Shown: in pieces, positions 36,876-50,942 of the stretch
Layout of the letters: the number at the start of each line of letters is the position of its first letter
How positions within the stretch are numbered: the stretch's first letter is position 1
From: Podarcis vaucheri
Lineage: Eukaryota
Length of the DNA stretch: 64,000 bases
Assembly: GCA_965113315.1 (NCBI GenBank)
Contig: OZ220363.1
Strand: one strand, 5' to 3'
The notes under the pieces: generated by a model
Told to the model about the DNA's origin: nothing
Databases searched by the model: none
The model's input: only the letters and a program-made list of their open reading frames with translations
Position numbers and translations under genes: made by a program

Positions 36876-39800
36876 CTGGAAGAAAAATAAAGAAAAAAGA
36901 AAAAGCTGAAAGAAGTAACGGAGGTGGGTGTGATTCAAAATATAAACAGCTAAGTGGATTAATTCAACCTGAAGTTACTATTTTAGGATTCACATTGATT
37001 TACTGTATTTACATCACATTAATTTACATCATTTCTTCTTTTGTACACAGCACAGGTGCTTCACCATCCAGAGCGAGCGAGCTATCCTATGTGCATAAAG
37101 TCATAGTCTAGCACATCCAACCTAGCATGTGCTGGTAGTGCAAGCCCAGAATCAAAGTTCTCCTCCCAAACCAACACTGGGAACTCTGGTAGCCATTCTA
37201 ACCCAAACAACATTAAGCCTTGATGGATCTGAGACCAGGATCCATCTGGCTCAGCAAAGTCTCATCAGCATTTGAACACCAATTTGACTATCTCACACTA
37301 TTGCAGGACATCATATTGGGCCATGACTCAAACTAGTTGTTCAGGAGTGCACCTGTTAGAATTACTAAGGTAGAAACACAATGAGTTCAGTAAAAAAAAA
37401 AAAAAAATAGAAATTCTTATGCACATGAAAATTTCCTTCTTTCCTTTTTCTTCCTTTCTCCATTTTTTCTTCTTTTCAGGCAAAGGAGATGAACCCACCT
37501 GCTGGCCATGACCACAGTAGTTGTATTAAATTAATCTGACTCTGAATGGAGAGAAAAGTGCCACCATAAGAAATAGTGAAAGTAGGTGAACATGTCTTAG
37601 ATTTGATAGCCACCATGGTTTTGAGCAGATTGACATTAATTGTAGTAAATAATTCATTTAGAAATTCTGCCTTCTTGTCTGTCCTTTCAAAGGTTGACCA
37701 CAGGTAGAGAACACCTATGCCAAAAGACCAGAATTGCTATCCTCATTTGAATTACTTTCCACTACCACCTTGGGAATATCCAAAGGGTTAAACTCTCCAT
37801 TTCAGAATCTTAATGCTGTTAATCCTTAGGTTGCTGGTTCCTCTCTTATATTCAGAGGAACTAAGGAATGGGAAAAGTCAACATCTGAAATGTTATGAAA
37901 ATCAAACATAGGCACCTGAAGTTCTGAACAGCAACTCACAACACTGAAGCAAAAACTATTTGGGATTACACATAATTAAGTCAATGGAGGGAAATAAAGC
38001 TTGGGGCCTTAGCTAAGGGTATCTCCCTTTCTTCTAGTAATAAGTACAGCCATAACAGGGAGATTTATCTAGGGAGAATCAGCCTTCTTTTAAGGGCTTG
38101 TTTGTATTTGCAGATATCCACTATTTTTATGACTCTAGCAATAAAAGCCAGAAGAATGTCTGGCTTCTGAACAAGTTTTCCAAGGGTCCAAAGTTTAAGT
38201 TAGGAAGAAAAACATGAATTTAAGTGCCATTTAACAGAATTATTGCATGGTCTCTAGTATAGGGACAGTAAAGAACAATATATTTGCTTGTAGACCAATT
38301 TTTATTTCCATTGTGTCTAAGAAAATTTACATACTACTTGATTGGGGGGGGAAATCCTCTAAGTGATTTACAAAAATATGAAATAAAACAGTAAAAACAT
38401 ATTTAAAGATGTTCAGAAAATTTAAAGATGTTCAGAAAATGCTAAAAAGTGGCAGTAGCTAAAAGTTAAAATACAGGTAACCTGTTTGCATAAACAAAAA
38501 TGCCTAAATAAAAATGTTTCAAGCAGGTGACAAAATGAATACAACATAGGCACTGCTAATTCCCATCCTCCCATCGTTTACTTCAAGCTCCCGTCTCTTC
38601 TCACAGCTTGCCCCAAGACCCCCTTTCACCGATGCCACGGGCAAGGGGATTGGGAAAGAAAAGGAGAAAAGCACACTTCTTTCTGTTGGTGGTGCCCTAC
38701 CCCACTCACTCTGCTTGCCTGCTCATTCGCACACTATCCCCCAAACCAGTGGCAGCACCTGGAGGAGAGCAGGAAGGCTTGTAAAGTGTGAGCCACACTC
38801 ATCTGCCTGCCTCCAGTTACCTTCTGCTTGTCCCTGCTTGCTCACCTATCTGCCTCCACCTCCTGCCTGCTGTTCTGTCCTCATGGTGCAGTCACCATGG
38901 CCATTTATCAGCAGCCACATAAACTGCAGTGTGACGACATTTTCCTTACAAAAATATAGTATGGCGATATAGTGGTCTATAAATATTTTTATAAATAAAA
39001 TATTTCCAACAAGCATCATCCATGCAGTTACCTTACCAAGCACTCCTTTTAACTCCTCTTTCCCCTCTGATACTGATGTAGAGTTTGCTTTGGTTTCCCT
39101 ATCTGCATTTTTCTGTCCACAAAAAATTCACGGCAATCACTCATTGTGCTCCTTAGTGGCTTGTCTACACTTCCCTTTTGGATTAGTTCCTCATGCTCAC
39201 TTACGATAATATCAAGGATGTTTCCATATAAGCTGGGCCAAGCAGATTTCCAGAAATTTTTTAACTTTAAAGCCTAAAGAAATACCTGATCCTGTCAACC
39301 ATGGTGAAATTGAACACCTCCAATAATACTGTGTTACTCCCCACCCTATCATCTATCCATCCATCCATCCATCTATATTGTTACTTTATCCACAAAGGAG
39401 AGGATCCACAAGGAAGAGACATAACAGTGATACAGATGAATGCAGACTGTAACTTGATCTTAAAATGCCATATTAATTATTGACAGCCTGCTAAGTTTCT
39501 TGAAGTGTAAGAAAAGTGTGGCTGAATCAGACCAAAGGCCCATCTAGTCCATCATCCTGTTCTCACAGCGGCCTACCACAGGCAGGACACAAGCATAATA
39601 ACAATTTCCTCCTCATGCTCCCCAGCAAATGAAATTCAGAGGTATGCTGTCTCTGGTACTGAAGATAACATAGTCATTTATTGTCTTATCCCTGGCTTAT
39701 TATTGACACTCACGTGCCTAACTTTCCAAAATTTTTGCAGAAGCAATCTACAACCTTTACATACATCCTTATATTCTGATTTTATACTCTGCTATACTTT

Positions 39801-39997
39801 TCCTGGTTTGGAGATTAGAGTAGATTCTTAAATACGCAGAACTCTTGAGAAAGTTGTACAGAAAATGAAACTACAAGGGGGAAGTTTGAATTCTCTCCTC
39901 TCTCTTTGAAACTGTCATTCATCGGGTACAGCAGAATGCTTTCCTGTGTCGCTGTCACAAATGCTAAATAATGCTGAGAAGGACAGAAAAGAATTAC

Positions 39998-40195
39998 CTT
40001 GTACAGTTAGTGTTGCTTCAGTCTGAATTTCTCCTAAGTCATTCCAAGCCTCACAGGTGTACTTTCCAGTATCCTCAGGGAATACCTCCTGGATATACAG
40101 GCTATATTCATTCCCCTTCTTCTCAAAATGAAAATCCTCCGTTTCCTGGATTTCTTTCCCATTGTGCAGCCAAATTATTTCAGGAGGCGGGTTAG
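39998..40195 (-). CDS. MYLK: MYLK coding exon (~exon 15), Ig domain
   Basis: 198 nt, CTCAG| ... CAAG|GTAATT; ANPPPEIIWLHNGKEIQETEDFHFEKKGNEYSLYIQEVFPEDTGKYTCEAWNDLGEIQTEATLTVQ. Confidence 0.96.
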
Positions 40196-41652
40196 CTGAG
40201 CCACAACAAAACACAAGGCTTTGAGATAAACCATAAGCAACAACGGAAGCGTGTGAGCTATTCTACTAGGCCAACTGCAGTCATGAGATAAGGAGGAACA
40301 AACAACTCACTTTGACTTCCTTTTGCATAGGTTTTTAAAATAGACCTATTCTCAGCTACATTCAGGTAGCTCAAAATTACACTGAGGGCATATTGCATAT
40401 AATGGCACTTAGGTTTAGCTATTTAACAACCCTCCTGCTGTCCTATGCTTTCCTGTGAATCCAGGAGCCACAAGGCTTTGCACCATCTTTCATCTCTTAT
40501 CCTCGGCTCTACTGCCCCCATACTAGGATGGCCATGTGTACTTCTTTACAGGAGGCAGTCCTCTATTGAAAGATCAGTGAGAGGACAGTCTACTATTTGA
40601 TGGTGTCCTCTATTTGAAGGGTTGTCCAGTCCAGCTGCTGAATATCGATAAAGAATCCCATGAAGGGAGGAGCCTTGAAGTAGTCCATTCTCAGTCTGCA
40701 TCCACAGCTCACCTGACAACAGATTCTCCGTCCCTTTGTACTGTTATTTTTATTTACATTATAATATTTATTTCTAAATTTGCATCTATCCATGTACATT
40801 AATTTATGCAAATCTTATGCAACTCTGTCCTTGAGAAGGGGTGATGCACATATTGCAGTCCTGCCCTTCTTATGGAAATGTCTGCAGCAAAATCTATATA
40901 ATAGCATATGCAGAAGTAGCATGTAGTCTCTTTTTTGTGCTTTTCTCACTATGGAATTGTCAGATTCCAGCCTACTTTACAGTCCCATGGTACACAATGA
41001 TATCCCCCCCCCCAAAAAAAAACACCTTCCACTTCCTCTGCAGTCGCACATGCACCCACATAAAGACATCCACAATTCTGGTTTTCCAAAGCACACTAGA
41101 TGTAATAAATTCCAGATAAAGATTTCTCTATAGCCTCCTTTTTACACATTTTAAATGACTGTTCCCCACTCCGCAGACAGTGGCTGGAAATACCACCCAC
41201 TGCACTTTCTTTAAACTCTATCTGTTCCATGCAGATGGAAGAAGGGTTTATATGGAATTTTTTTTGTACTTTCCACTGGGCTGTGGGTGGGTTACAGCAC
41301 TGGCCTTAAAACATACCATATGTGGCAGATAATGCCCCAGTGCAAACTAAAATTAAAACCCCAGCCACACAAAACATATTGTCTGAAAGGACCCTATTGT
41401 CTGCCTAATCTTTGAAGTCTTAGGATGGGTTAAGAGCAAAATATGTTTAAAATAAGCAAATTTATTGAAGATATGCATGAAATTTCCTGGCCAGGACAAG
41501 CCTCCCTAAATGTTGACTTTCCAAATGTTAGAAGGAAAAACTGGGATATAAAAAAGTGCCTAGAAACCAGGAGGAGAAACTGCTGGGTTAAAGTAGCCTT
41601 GTCAAACCTCAAAACAGGTGACCATGATCCATTAATAAGCACTGGCTCTTAC

Positions 41653-41790
41653 CCGAAACTTCTACTGTCATAATCACTTGGCTTCCATCCATCACCTTGA
41701 GGTCACTTAGGCCTTTTAGGAAGATTGGAGGGAAGGTTTTGTTGACTGGGGCAGGATGTGCTCTTTGAGGTTTATTTCTGCTCTTCTTTT
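41653..41790 (-). CDS. MYLK: MYLK coding exon (~exon 14)
   Basis: 138 nt, GCAG| ... TCGG|GTAAGA; EKKSRNKPQRAHPAPVNKTFPPIFLKGLSDLKVMDGSQVIMTVEVS. Confidence 0.95.
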
Positions 41791-44700
41791 CTGCTTGAAC
41801 AAACAAGACAACAGTTCAAATTAGGAAAGACTTGTACAAAGTAATAAACTGCTTTTTAATTCGAACAAAAACGGAATGGGACAGGGACCATTTCCAATGA
41901 AAAAAAAGTCCATTGCTATTGTTGATCCAGCAGCAAGAGGCAGTTGTATGGAACAGAGGGTTTTCTTTCTGAAACAGAAAACAGCCCCCTAATATATTTT
42001 TCTGTTGAAAATTCTTTATTTATTTTTTTAAAAATGCAATATTGACTAAAGCTGTGCATCTATTTCTATCATACTTAATTTTTTTGCCTTAAATTCAAAT
42101 AATGTGGGAAAGAGAGAGAGAAAATGGGAGGGTGGGAGGATTTTTTTAAAGAGGGTGTAGCTTTCCCCTTTTTATTAGGCCTTTTACACCAGTTTTTATT
42201 TACCAAAGCTTTTTCCTTCCATTGAGAGGTATAGGAGGGAAATATATAACACCAGCTCCAGGGCTGGTATAGTCCTGCCACTGCTCCAGGGGCACATCAG
42301 TGAAACAAAATGATTTGGATTCTGTGGATCCACAACCTCTTCCAGGACACTCCTAGCAAATCCCCAGCACACCTAGTTTTTGTCATCTCAAAGTAGGAGA
42401 AGCACTAACTGCAAACCTTTTGGAAGCCGCAGGGAGGAGGATTCCAAGGTTAGAGTTCCCTTTTCAAGGAAGGACCTCTCTCACCACCTTCAGCTAGGAG
42501 AGACCTGAAATATCCTGTTTCCTCCTGAGACAATCACTCAGGAATCATAGGATTGTGCCTTGTGAGTATTTACTTATAACAATATGAACAGCCACAACAA
42601 AGAAAGTTGCTCTCAGAAAACTACAATAGTCATGATTGCTGTGGCATGGCGGGTGGGGGGTGGGACACCCACCCACACGATCATGCAAATCCCCTTCGGG
42701 AAGCAAGGTTGCCTGTGGTCTCTGGCTGAAATTGAATGCTTTTGCCAGCCCCTTTTTATTTTGTAGTAACAGGAAGGAGGGAAGTGGAGGGCTAACCCAA
42801 ATCTACAGCCTTTAGAACACAATCCTACATAGAGCAATAACAGGCCCCGCAAATACTTAATAAAACGTTTTCTTGATTGCATAATACACTTCCTTAACGC
42901 TAACTATATTCACATTATGAGGGGGAGGGAGGTTTAAAATTCCCAATCAGAAGAGCTAAATTGCATTATTAGGTTAATTTGGTTCTAATCTTTAACCGAC
43001 GTTCAGGTTGAAAAAATATGAATTCCAGACATGGTCTACTTCAAAATAAGTAAAGAAACACGAAAAATGAGGCTTTTAAAAGCTTCTGATAAGAGCATGT
43101 TAACAGATATGTCCTCACATACTCAATGAGTGCTATTATAAACATACATGCAATAATGCAATTTACTTAAGACAATTTTATAACAAACAGCTTTAAGCTG
43201 GTTGACAGATAAAACACCTGTACCATAGGTTATTCAGTCTTATTGTACTCAACAAAAGGGGAAACACAACTTCTGCATTGCTTAACCTTTTGAGATCACT
43301 TAATGCAATAACACATTTTACCTCTTTCTTATTTATTCAGAATCTATATACCTACCCCTTTCAGGCAACTATTTCATACACCTAATGCCACAATATATAG
43401 TCATTAAAGATACTACAGGGCTCTTAGTCGTCTCTTCTGCTACCAAAACAAAGATCCTCTGTGATTTATGAAAAAAGTATGTTTCCACTAACCATTTGTC
43501 ATTATTCCTTAGTCTGTCTCGGATGTATTAACATGGGAATATTCCTACTAGCAGTTTCCCAACTGTGCCCTGTATAAAACTCTTCTCATTAATGGATATG
43601 TCCATAACTTTCTCTTTTTAATTAAGTGGGATACATGCCATCAAAAATGCTTTGGTTATACGAAGGGCCAGCAAGAAGATTTGATCCAAATCCCTAGATC
43701 AGTAACAGAATCTTAATCTCACTGGGACACAATCTAGGTTTCAAAGAACAGAAAACTGAAGGACTACTTAACATCAGCTACTCTGAGTTGAGGGACAGCA
43801 AACCCAAACCCAGTTTCCTGGGTGTAAGCACCACTGACTTCAGTGGGACTTGCTTTTGAAGTAGACATGTATAAAACACTTCCAAAGCTCTAAACATACA
43901 CAGAACTTGACAAAATTATGTAACCAGTGCCAAAAGACTAGTAGAAAAAGCTCCCATTGGCTTTTATTAAACTCCACATCATGCAGTTGGTATATTCTTA
44001 TTGACACAAAAAACTCAATGATTTGTACATGCATGTCTTCCTTCTGGTTTTAATACTATCCCTTCAGATCTTTCAAAAGCTGCAATGACACAAGATTCAG
44101 ATTTCAAATGGGGGAAATGAGAAGCAGCACTTCCAATTACTGGTCTAAAAAGATCCATGCTTAGTTTGCGAGATTAGAAAAGAAGAAGAAAAAGGAAATT
44201 CTAAAATCCCATATCCTTTTAAAAAATAATAATAAAGGCACACATTCACAGTTAATTTCCACACAACATTTCATTTTATATAATGTAGTAACTTGGATCT
44301 GAATGAAGAGGTCCAGCACTTCATTTGTGGGCATTATCACTGCAAGTCACACAAACTATGCTTCACGGATGAGCTCCACAGAGATTAAAGTTTTCAAGTG
44401 CTTCCTCCTAAAAACAGTTTCCACGTTTGGAAGTGAGGCTCATCAAGCAGAGAAAAAGCAGCCTCCATTCAATCTTAATTAACCTAACAGCATGACTTAC
44501 ACTAAAGTTTCCCAGGACCTTCAGTTTGATGTTTGCTACAAAACCAGAAGTGTAAGTAGTATCACCAAGAAAATGCCCAGCTGAAAGGAAACTGACTCAT
44601 GTGCTAACTCCAAGATTCCCGTGGTCTATCCCTCTGGGGATCAATGCAAAAAGGAATGCATGAACATGATCACACAGCCTTCCTCCCCATTCAAATATCC

Positions 44701-47625
44701 AGTGTAAATACACCTTTTTTTACTTAGCCTAACACTTACACTGTGCATTTTTCACAGTAGAAGAGTAAAAATAAAACAATAAACTTATGGGGGGGGGAGA
44801 AACTATTCAATTTTCTGGTATTTATTTTACTTTTGAAGGACATTTCATGGTGCAATTAGCACTCTGATTCAAAGTGCAAATCACCCACATTTAACTAGTG
44901 GCCAATCCACAAAAGAGTGCTGTTGTCATGATTAACTAAATGGTTAATCTATCCACAGAACCTACGGATGATGGACTTTCTGTTTACGGGGTGGGTGGCA
45001 GAGGAAATGGGCTCTATTCAACTATGTTATATTCAGAGTAGACCCTCTGAAATCAATGAACCAAGCTCATTCATGTACTTTATTTTCAATTGGTCTACTC
45101 TGAATAGAACCAACAGTAGATGCAACCCATTCTTTCCACTACCATAGTCCAAGAAGCAACACCAAGAAGCAGCCTAGATGTTTTGAACTCACCAGTAGGG
45201 AGAGTTGCTGTTGCACTCAGGTCTTGCTTGAAGGCTTCCCATGACCACCTGGCTGACAACTGTGAGAACAAGAAACCTGGACTAGATGGGCCCTTGGCCT
45301 AATCCAGACATATTCTTCTTATGTTCTTAGGGATTCTTATAAATCCTAATTATCATCATTGTACAAAGTTCATCTCACATATTACCACAAAAGCCCTTCA
45401 AAGGGCCCTTGCATGCTTAGCCCACCAGATGACTGCATAGCCCCTTCTGTTCCATCTACCAGTCTGTGCTGATGATGGTTAACTTAGTATGTAAGCATTC
45501 AATTACATGAGACCATCCCTTAGCCCATATATAGAGAAGTGCTGTTTTCTGACTTGCAACTTCTATGGTTTCACAAAATCTGTTCCTGTGACTTTGGGGT
45601 GCTTATTGACAACACATGGTTTAGGGGCATATCTCCATTGACAGTAGTCACTCATCATTCACTTATAGTCATTATGAAGTACACTAAAATGGTATCCAAA
45701 CTGTATGGGGAAGGACTGTTTGTTGTTGTTGTTTTGTACAGCTACCCTTCCCCATGCCCTCTATTTTATCCACAGAACAAAAGATAACATAATCACTGTA
45801 CTGATTTATCTCAACAGCCTCAGTAGTTTTTCTGAGTTCTGAGAACTGCCATGGGCCACTCTTGTGGCCAAGAATGGCAACATTTATATTCTTAGCTCTT
45901 AAATCTCCTGTGAATATCACTACCACCAGCATATCTAGCAAACACAAAAACTCTTTTTCTTGAAAGCTGAGGGGGACTGAACTTTTGCTGACACCACTGT
46001 AGCTCATTACTGAAACAAGGAAAAGGGGGAGGGAAATGCATGCTGCTCATAATACTTTAACACTCAATCCAAACTATAATTCACATTTATTTCTAGGTTG
46101 GACTCTTTTAAGCTGGGATTGCCTTTATGCATATTTACATTCAAATGAACTGATACCACCCAATAACATGAAGCTAACAACCAGCCCTCCAAACAACAAG
46201 AGCAGACTGGTTCAAAAGTAGCCAAATAGCAATCTTAATTATTTGCCAGTAAATTCTCTTCCTCTTTAACTGAGTCTAAAGTGAGTATAATGTGAATAAT
46301 CTTCTGTAGTGTTTAGTTTCTGGAAAAGATCTAATTATACCAGAAGAATCTGTTTGCCAGAGCCATACAATAATGCAGCCAAATAATGCCTAGCCTGAAT
46401 CCTTTGCAGACACACATGCTCAGCAACATTGACCATTTATGGTGATTAAAATATTGTGTTGGCTCCGAGTCCAATAAATCAACTGAACTGCGGAAAAAGA
46501 CTTAACTCACAAAGTGCTGGTTTGCTAAGCTCACAGAGGAGAAATCACACACAATTATACACAGCCAAGTAGTCACAGAACAGCTTCCAAATAAGATTAT
46601 ATACTTCACAGCGTTCATCTCCATTCTGGTTGACATCTAATCTCCACATTTTAACAGTGCTTTAATACTCTAATACTGTCAGCTCCATAAAAAGAAAAAA
46701 CAGCTTCATGGAACAAGAATATAAAATTTATCTGATTTTTTTTTAAGTTGCAAAATGTAGAAGTCTTGTTATAATCTACATGCACTGATATATTTCTTTC
46801 TTTCATGAATACCCTCCTTTCAGCTTTCAATTTTACAGATACAAACAATAAATCTGGAGGCAATTTCTGAAATAAAGTGTAGTAGGGTACACATGCAAAC
46901 CCATCCAGATTTCTATTAATTAGCTAATTCTTCTTGTTGCATTAAGTGATATACCTTTTAGACAGAGAATCTTCTCCCCAATTCATAAATATATACAAGA
47001 CAACCAACAACTGAGCAGGAGCTGCATAGTTGTGTCATTCAACCTGCCATCCACTGGCTTAAATCAAGAGAAATGCAAGCAGCCCATAAATTGTCATGTT
47101 AGTTGCACCAGCCCCTTCCAACTTAAAACATTCCCCCCTCCCCCCATGGCTGTACTCCTTTCAAGACTATGTGATAGCATTTAAAGAATGTATAAAAAAA
47201 TACTCTCCAGCACTGAGTTGAGCTTATTTTAGAAGGATCTGTCTCTTTAAAGGCAGTCCAATATTCAGCAAGTTCGATTTGACTGCAACACTGATGGGGA
47301 AATTTGGACATTCCTCCTTCATCTGTGCTCCTTCTTTCTTGATTGGGAGGGGAGAAAGAAATGCTTGCCAGGCCCATTTTCAGCACTTCCCAAAGCACCA
47401 AGCAGAGGACTGGGAACAGCCCTTGAGCTATGATTCTAAAGTACATGACAGCTAGCTGGCTGTTAGAAGTCTGGGAATCCTGAGCAAGGGATATAGAGGC
47501 AGGGGCGAAACAACCCACCTGTCAATCATGTGACTTCATAATGATGTCATGTTTAACAGGAGGTTAGCCTGTGGGGTGGTGCCAGATAAAGACCTGGCTC
47601 CCAAAGTCAAAAAATTCCCCTAAAG

Positions 47626-47761
47626 CAGGCATGGCCAAACTTGGCCCTCCAGATGTTTTGGGACTACAATTCCTATCATCCCTGACCACTGGTCCTGTTA
47701 GCTAGGGATGATGGGAGTTGTAGTTCCAAAACATCTGGAGGGCTAAGTTTGGCCATGCCTG
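47626..47761. mobile_element. Palindromic hAT MITE (136 bp)
   Basis: TIR CAGGCATGGCCAAAC / GTTTGGCCATGCCTG; no clean 8-bp TSD visible. Confidence 0.88.
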
Positions 47762-50700
47762 CAAGAGTCAAAAAAAATATTGCTGTATCTAGAATATGGT
47801 TTTTGTCAATGCATGAACAGGCAGTGGCAATAACAAAGACGGCCTTTACACAAAGTAGGCTGGTGCACTAGACAGGATTTTAGTTGCTATCTAGGACCAT
47901 GCTATATTTATCTTGCAATGCCTCCCATTGAAGGAAGGTACCTCTAAACAACATAGCCTTAATATACTTGAAGCTGCTTTGAGTTGTTCCATGTGAAAGG
48001 CAGCAAAAACGTTTTTGTTTCACCAAGCATTTTTAGAAAATTAATTTGATTCACTGTTGGTCATTTCTTCTGTATTTTATGATTTTATAATCTTATGAAG
48101 TTTTAATTATTTTATTGTGTGCCATAATGACATTTTTATGTGACATTGATTTATAAGTATCTTACAAATAAATAAGCATGGATGTAAACATAGGAAATAC
48201 TCATGGGACTATCAGAACTGCAAATTGTCTCTTAGGGAATCAAAATAAGCTGGTTGGGGAAGGACAGGAGTGTTCAGTTGTGGCCAGAAGAAATACATAG
48301 AAAATTATTATGCTTCCTAAACCAAATGAGACATATACACAATTGAGGGAAGGAAACAGCAGGAGCCAATACTTCAACTCCAAATTTTGTTTAAAATCTG
48401 CAGTATAGGGCAGAACCCTGTACTCCACCTCATCATATTAACTCATTTCCTAGATCACAAATGGCCAACTGGTACCCCACCACCATTAATTCTGCAAAAC
48501 AATTTTGTCCAACCCCCTCAACCTTTAATTGTGCTCCACTAGAAATGAAATTCAAAAGGAAGGCAACAACACAGAGGTGCTCTGGCTTCCTCTTAGGAAT
48601 CAGTTTCACTGATGGCACAAGCGCCCCTGAAACGTCCTCCTCTCTTGCTTTCTCTGTTTGGAGTGGATGCACAAAGGGGAAGCATGTCTGCTCACACTGA
48701 ACCTGGTCAGGAAAGGATGCCAAGAATATTTCTATCCTCACATCCTCCTCCCTGTGAGTTTGAAAATGATTGTATAGTCAAAGTGATCCGGTTCTCAATT
48801 AGGTTGTGGATTACTACCATGTAATACGTAAGGTGTTCAGTTTACAATGTTAAAAAGGAATACGCCCCACCCTGCCATGCCACACGTCACAGAATGATCA
48901 CAAAAATCAAACTAACATAGAAGTGTCAGGCAGAAAGTCAATGTAAAACAAAAGTCACTGTAGGTTTGGTTCAATTAGGGTACAGAAGATAAAACTTCAC
49001 CATGATTTATGTTCAGTTCAAGTTAAAAAACCATTTCAGTTTCTACTCTTGGTGCTAAAGCTGACATGTCAAACCATGCAATAAGGTAAATAAGACGTGT
49101 GAATGTGTGGATCTAGTGGACATGAAGCCAACATCATACTGTCCAGTCACATTTACTCCCCCCCCCCATTAGAGCAAGACAGTTTCTCTTCTCAAAATTT
49201 AGTTAAAAGGACCTGCTTTTACATAAGACCGCTTCTCAGCTTCACGCCGCAAGTTCTCCTGTTCACTTTCCTTTTCAGACAACCTGATGTTTCACTAAAA
49301 ACAAGCAACAACAAATCCCACAAAACGAAACCCCATAGAACCACGATACTAGCTTCAGCAGACTTCTCTCAAGCTTGTTTTATATAACAAAACATATTTT
49401 AGGCCCTCTTGCATGTTGTGTTCTTGATCTACGCAAAGGAACCTAGTGTCCCATCTCTAAGGCCTGAGGCTTTCAACTAGGACCTCAGCTATTTTGTAAC
49501 TATTTATTTCAAAGTTTGTACTGTACTCTGTCTTTCAGGTAATGAAATTACACACAACTGCCAGTAAAACATATGAATGTTGGAATATGATAATGCAAAG
49601 AGGTTTACTAAGATTTACAAAGAAGCATGTTAGTACTGCTAGTTTGAACTACTTCCAAGCTTCCGCTGCATTTTTAGGGTTAGAAGCATCCATTATATGG
49701 TCCTTCGTAGGTGTGTGCAAGTTCTATATGGCTACTTTGCTCACTTTATGAAAGTTATACACGCTAAAGGTAAATACAAGTGAAACAAAATTTGAGCAGT
49801 GGAGCAATTCTGGAAGTGCATTCATCAAAAGATGCAACTTCATGTCCCAGGTTAAGCTCAAGGAAAGCCAGTTTTTGCAGTGTGCCAGGCACTTCAGCTG
49901 AGAATACAAATGACTAGCAAGCCTTTGGACATCATGAACCACCTCACCTACCATAATCCTTGGAAATGTTTTGCAATTTCTTTTTTAAGGAAAGAAATGT
50001 TCAAGAGAATCAATGCTAAAAAAAAACAAACAAAAAACCCCAAGGCAAAGCAGCTCCTCCAAAGATTGGAGGACAGGCAAGACTGATAACTAAATCAGCA
50101 TTAGAATGTATATGCATTTCTCTTTATCACAGTGAGCATCTGGGCCCACTTCAATGGAGGGGAAAAGCAAACAGCAACAACAATAGTGCAACTACTATTT
50201 CAGTGTCTATTTGTACACATGCACACACCTTCCCCACAAACATAGAATAGAAAAGTCATTGTCAGAAACTGAGGGTGTATTCTTATATACAACTCCCATA
50301 TCTATATGCCATAGCGCTTCATTACACAACTTATTCTCACATCATGCTTAGACGTGCACATTAAATAAATGTAAGAAGCTGCTTTCCAAGAGAGCATTGT
50401 CAATATACAACAAAGCCTTTTGACGCATGAGTGTATCGACATATGGCAGTTACTCACTCATACACAGACAAAACAAAATGCAGCCTCAAACATGTTTGCA
50501 CAGTTTACATAACAGCAAGTTGCCATTTTCCATGCGATAATTACACAGGTCACTCGAGTTCTTGTATGAATGAAGGCTACAACTACAGGGTCTGCTATCA
50601 TGCTTTAGTGTTGAGTATGATCAAATGCACCTCCTTACATTGTTTGGTTGTAAGGTGAAGCAATAGGAGTAGCTGGGGAAACCCAGCCAGATGGGCAGAG

Positions 50701-50897
50701 TATAAATAATAATAATTTATTATTATTATTATTAGTGTAATTATCTTAAGGCAGACTTGTCAAGTGCTCCCATGAATGGACAGATTAAGCTCAGTGTTCT
50801 CCATAAATTGCATTACTTCACAAAGTAACATGCAACATAATGTTTTGCATTCTGGATGGTCCTGGAACACTGGCAGATGACAGAAACTAATAGTAAA

Positions 50898-50900
<3 letters not shown>

Positions 50901-50942
<42 letters not shown>
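50901..50942. repeat. (AAT)n microsatellite
   Basis: 14 AAT units. Confidence 0.95.

Noticed and set aside
38401-38438. 19-bp direct duplication (similar short ones at ~28339-28381 and ~53669-53712)
   Set aside because: Ordinary slippage duplications; two copies only, no array or spacer structure, not CRISPR-like.
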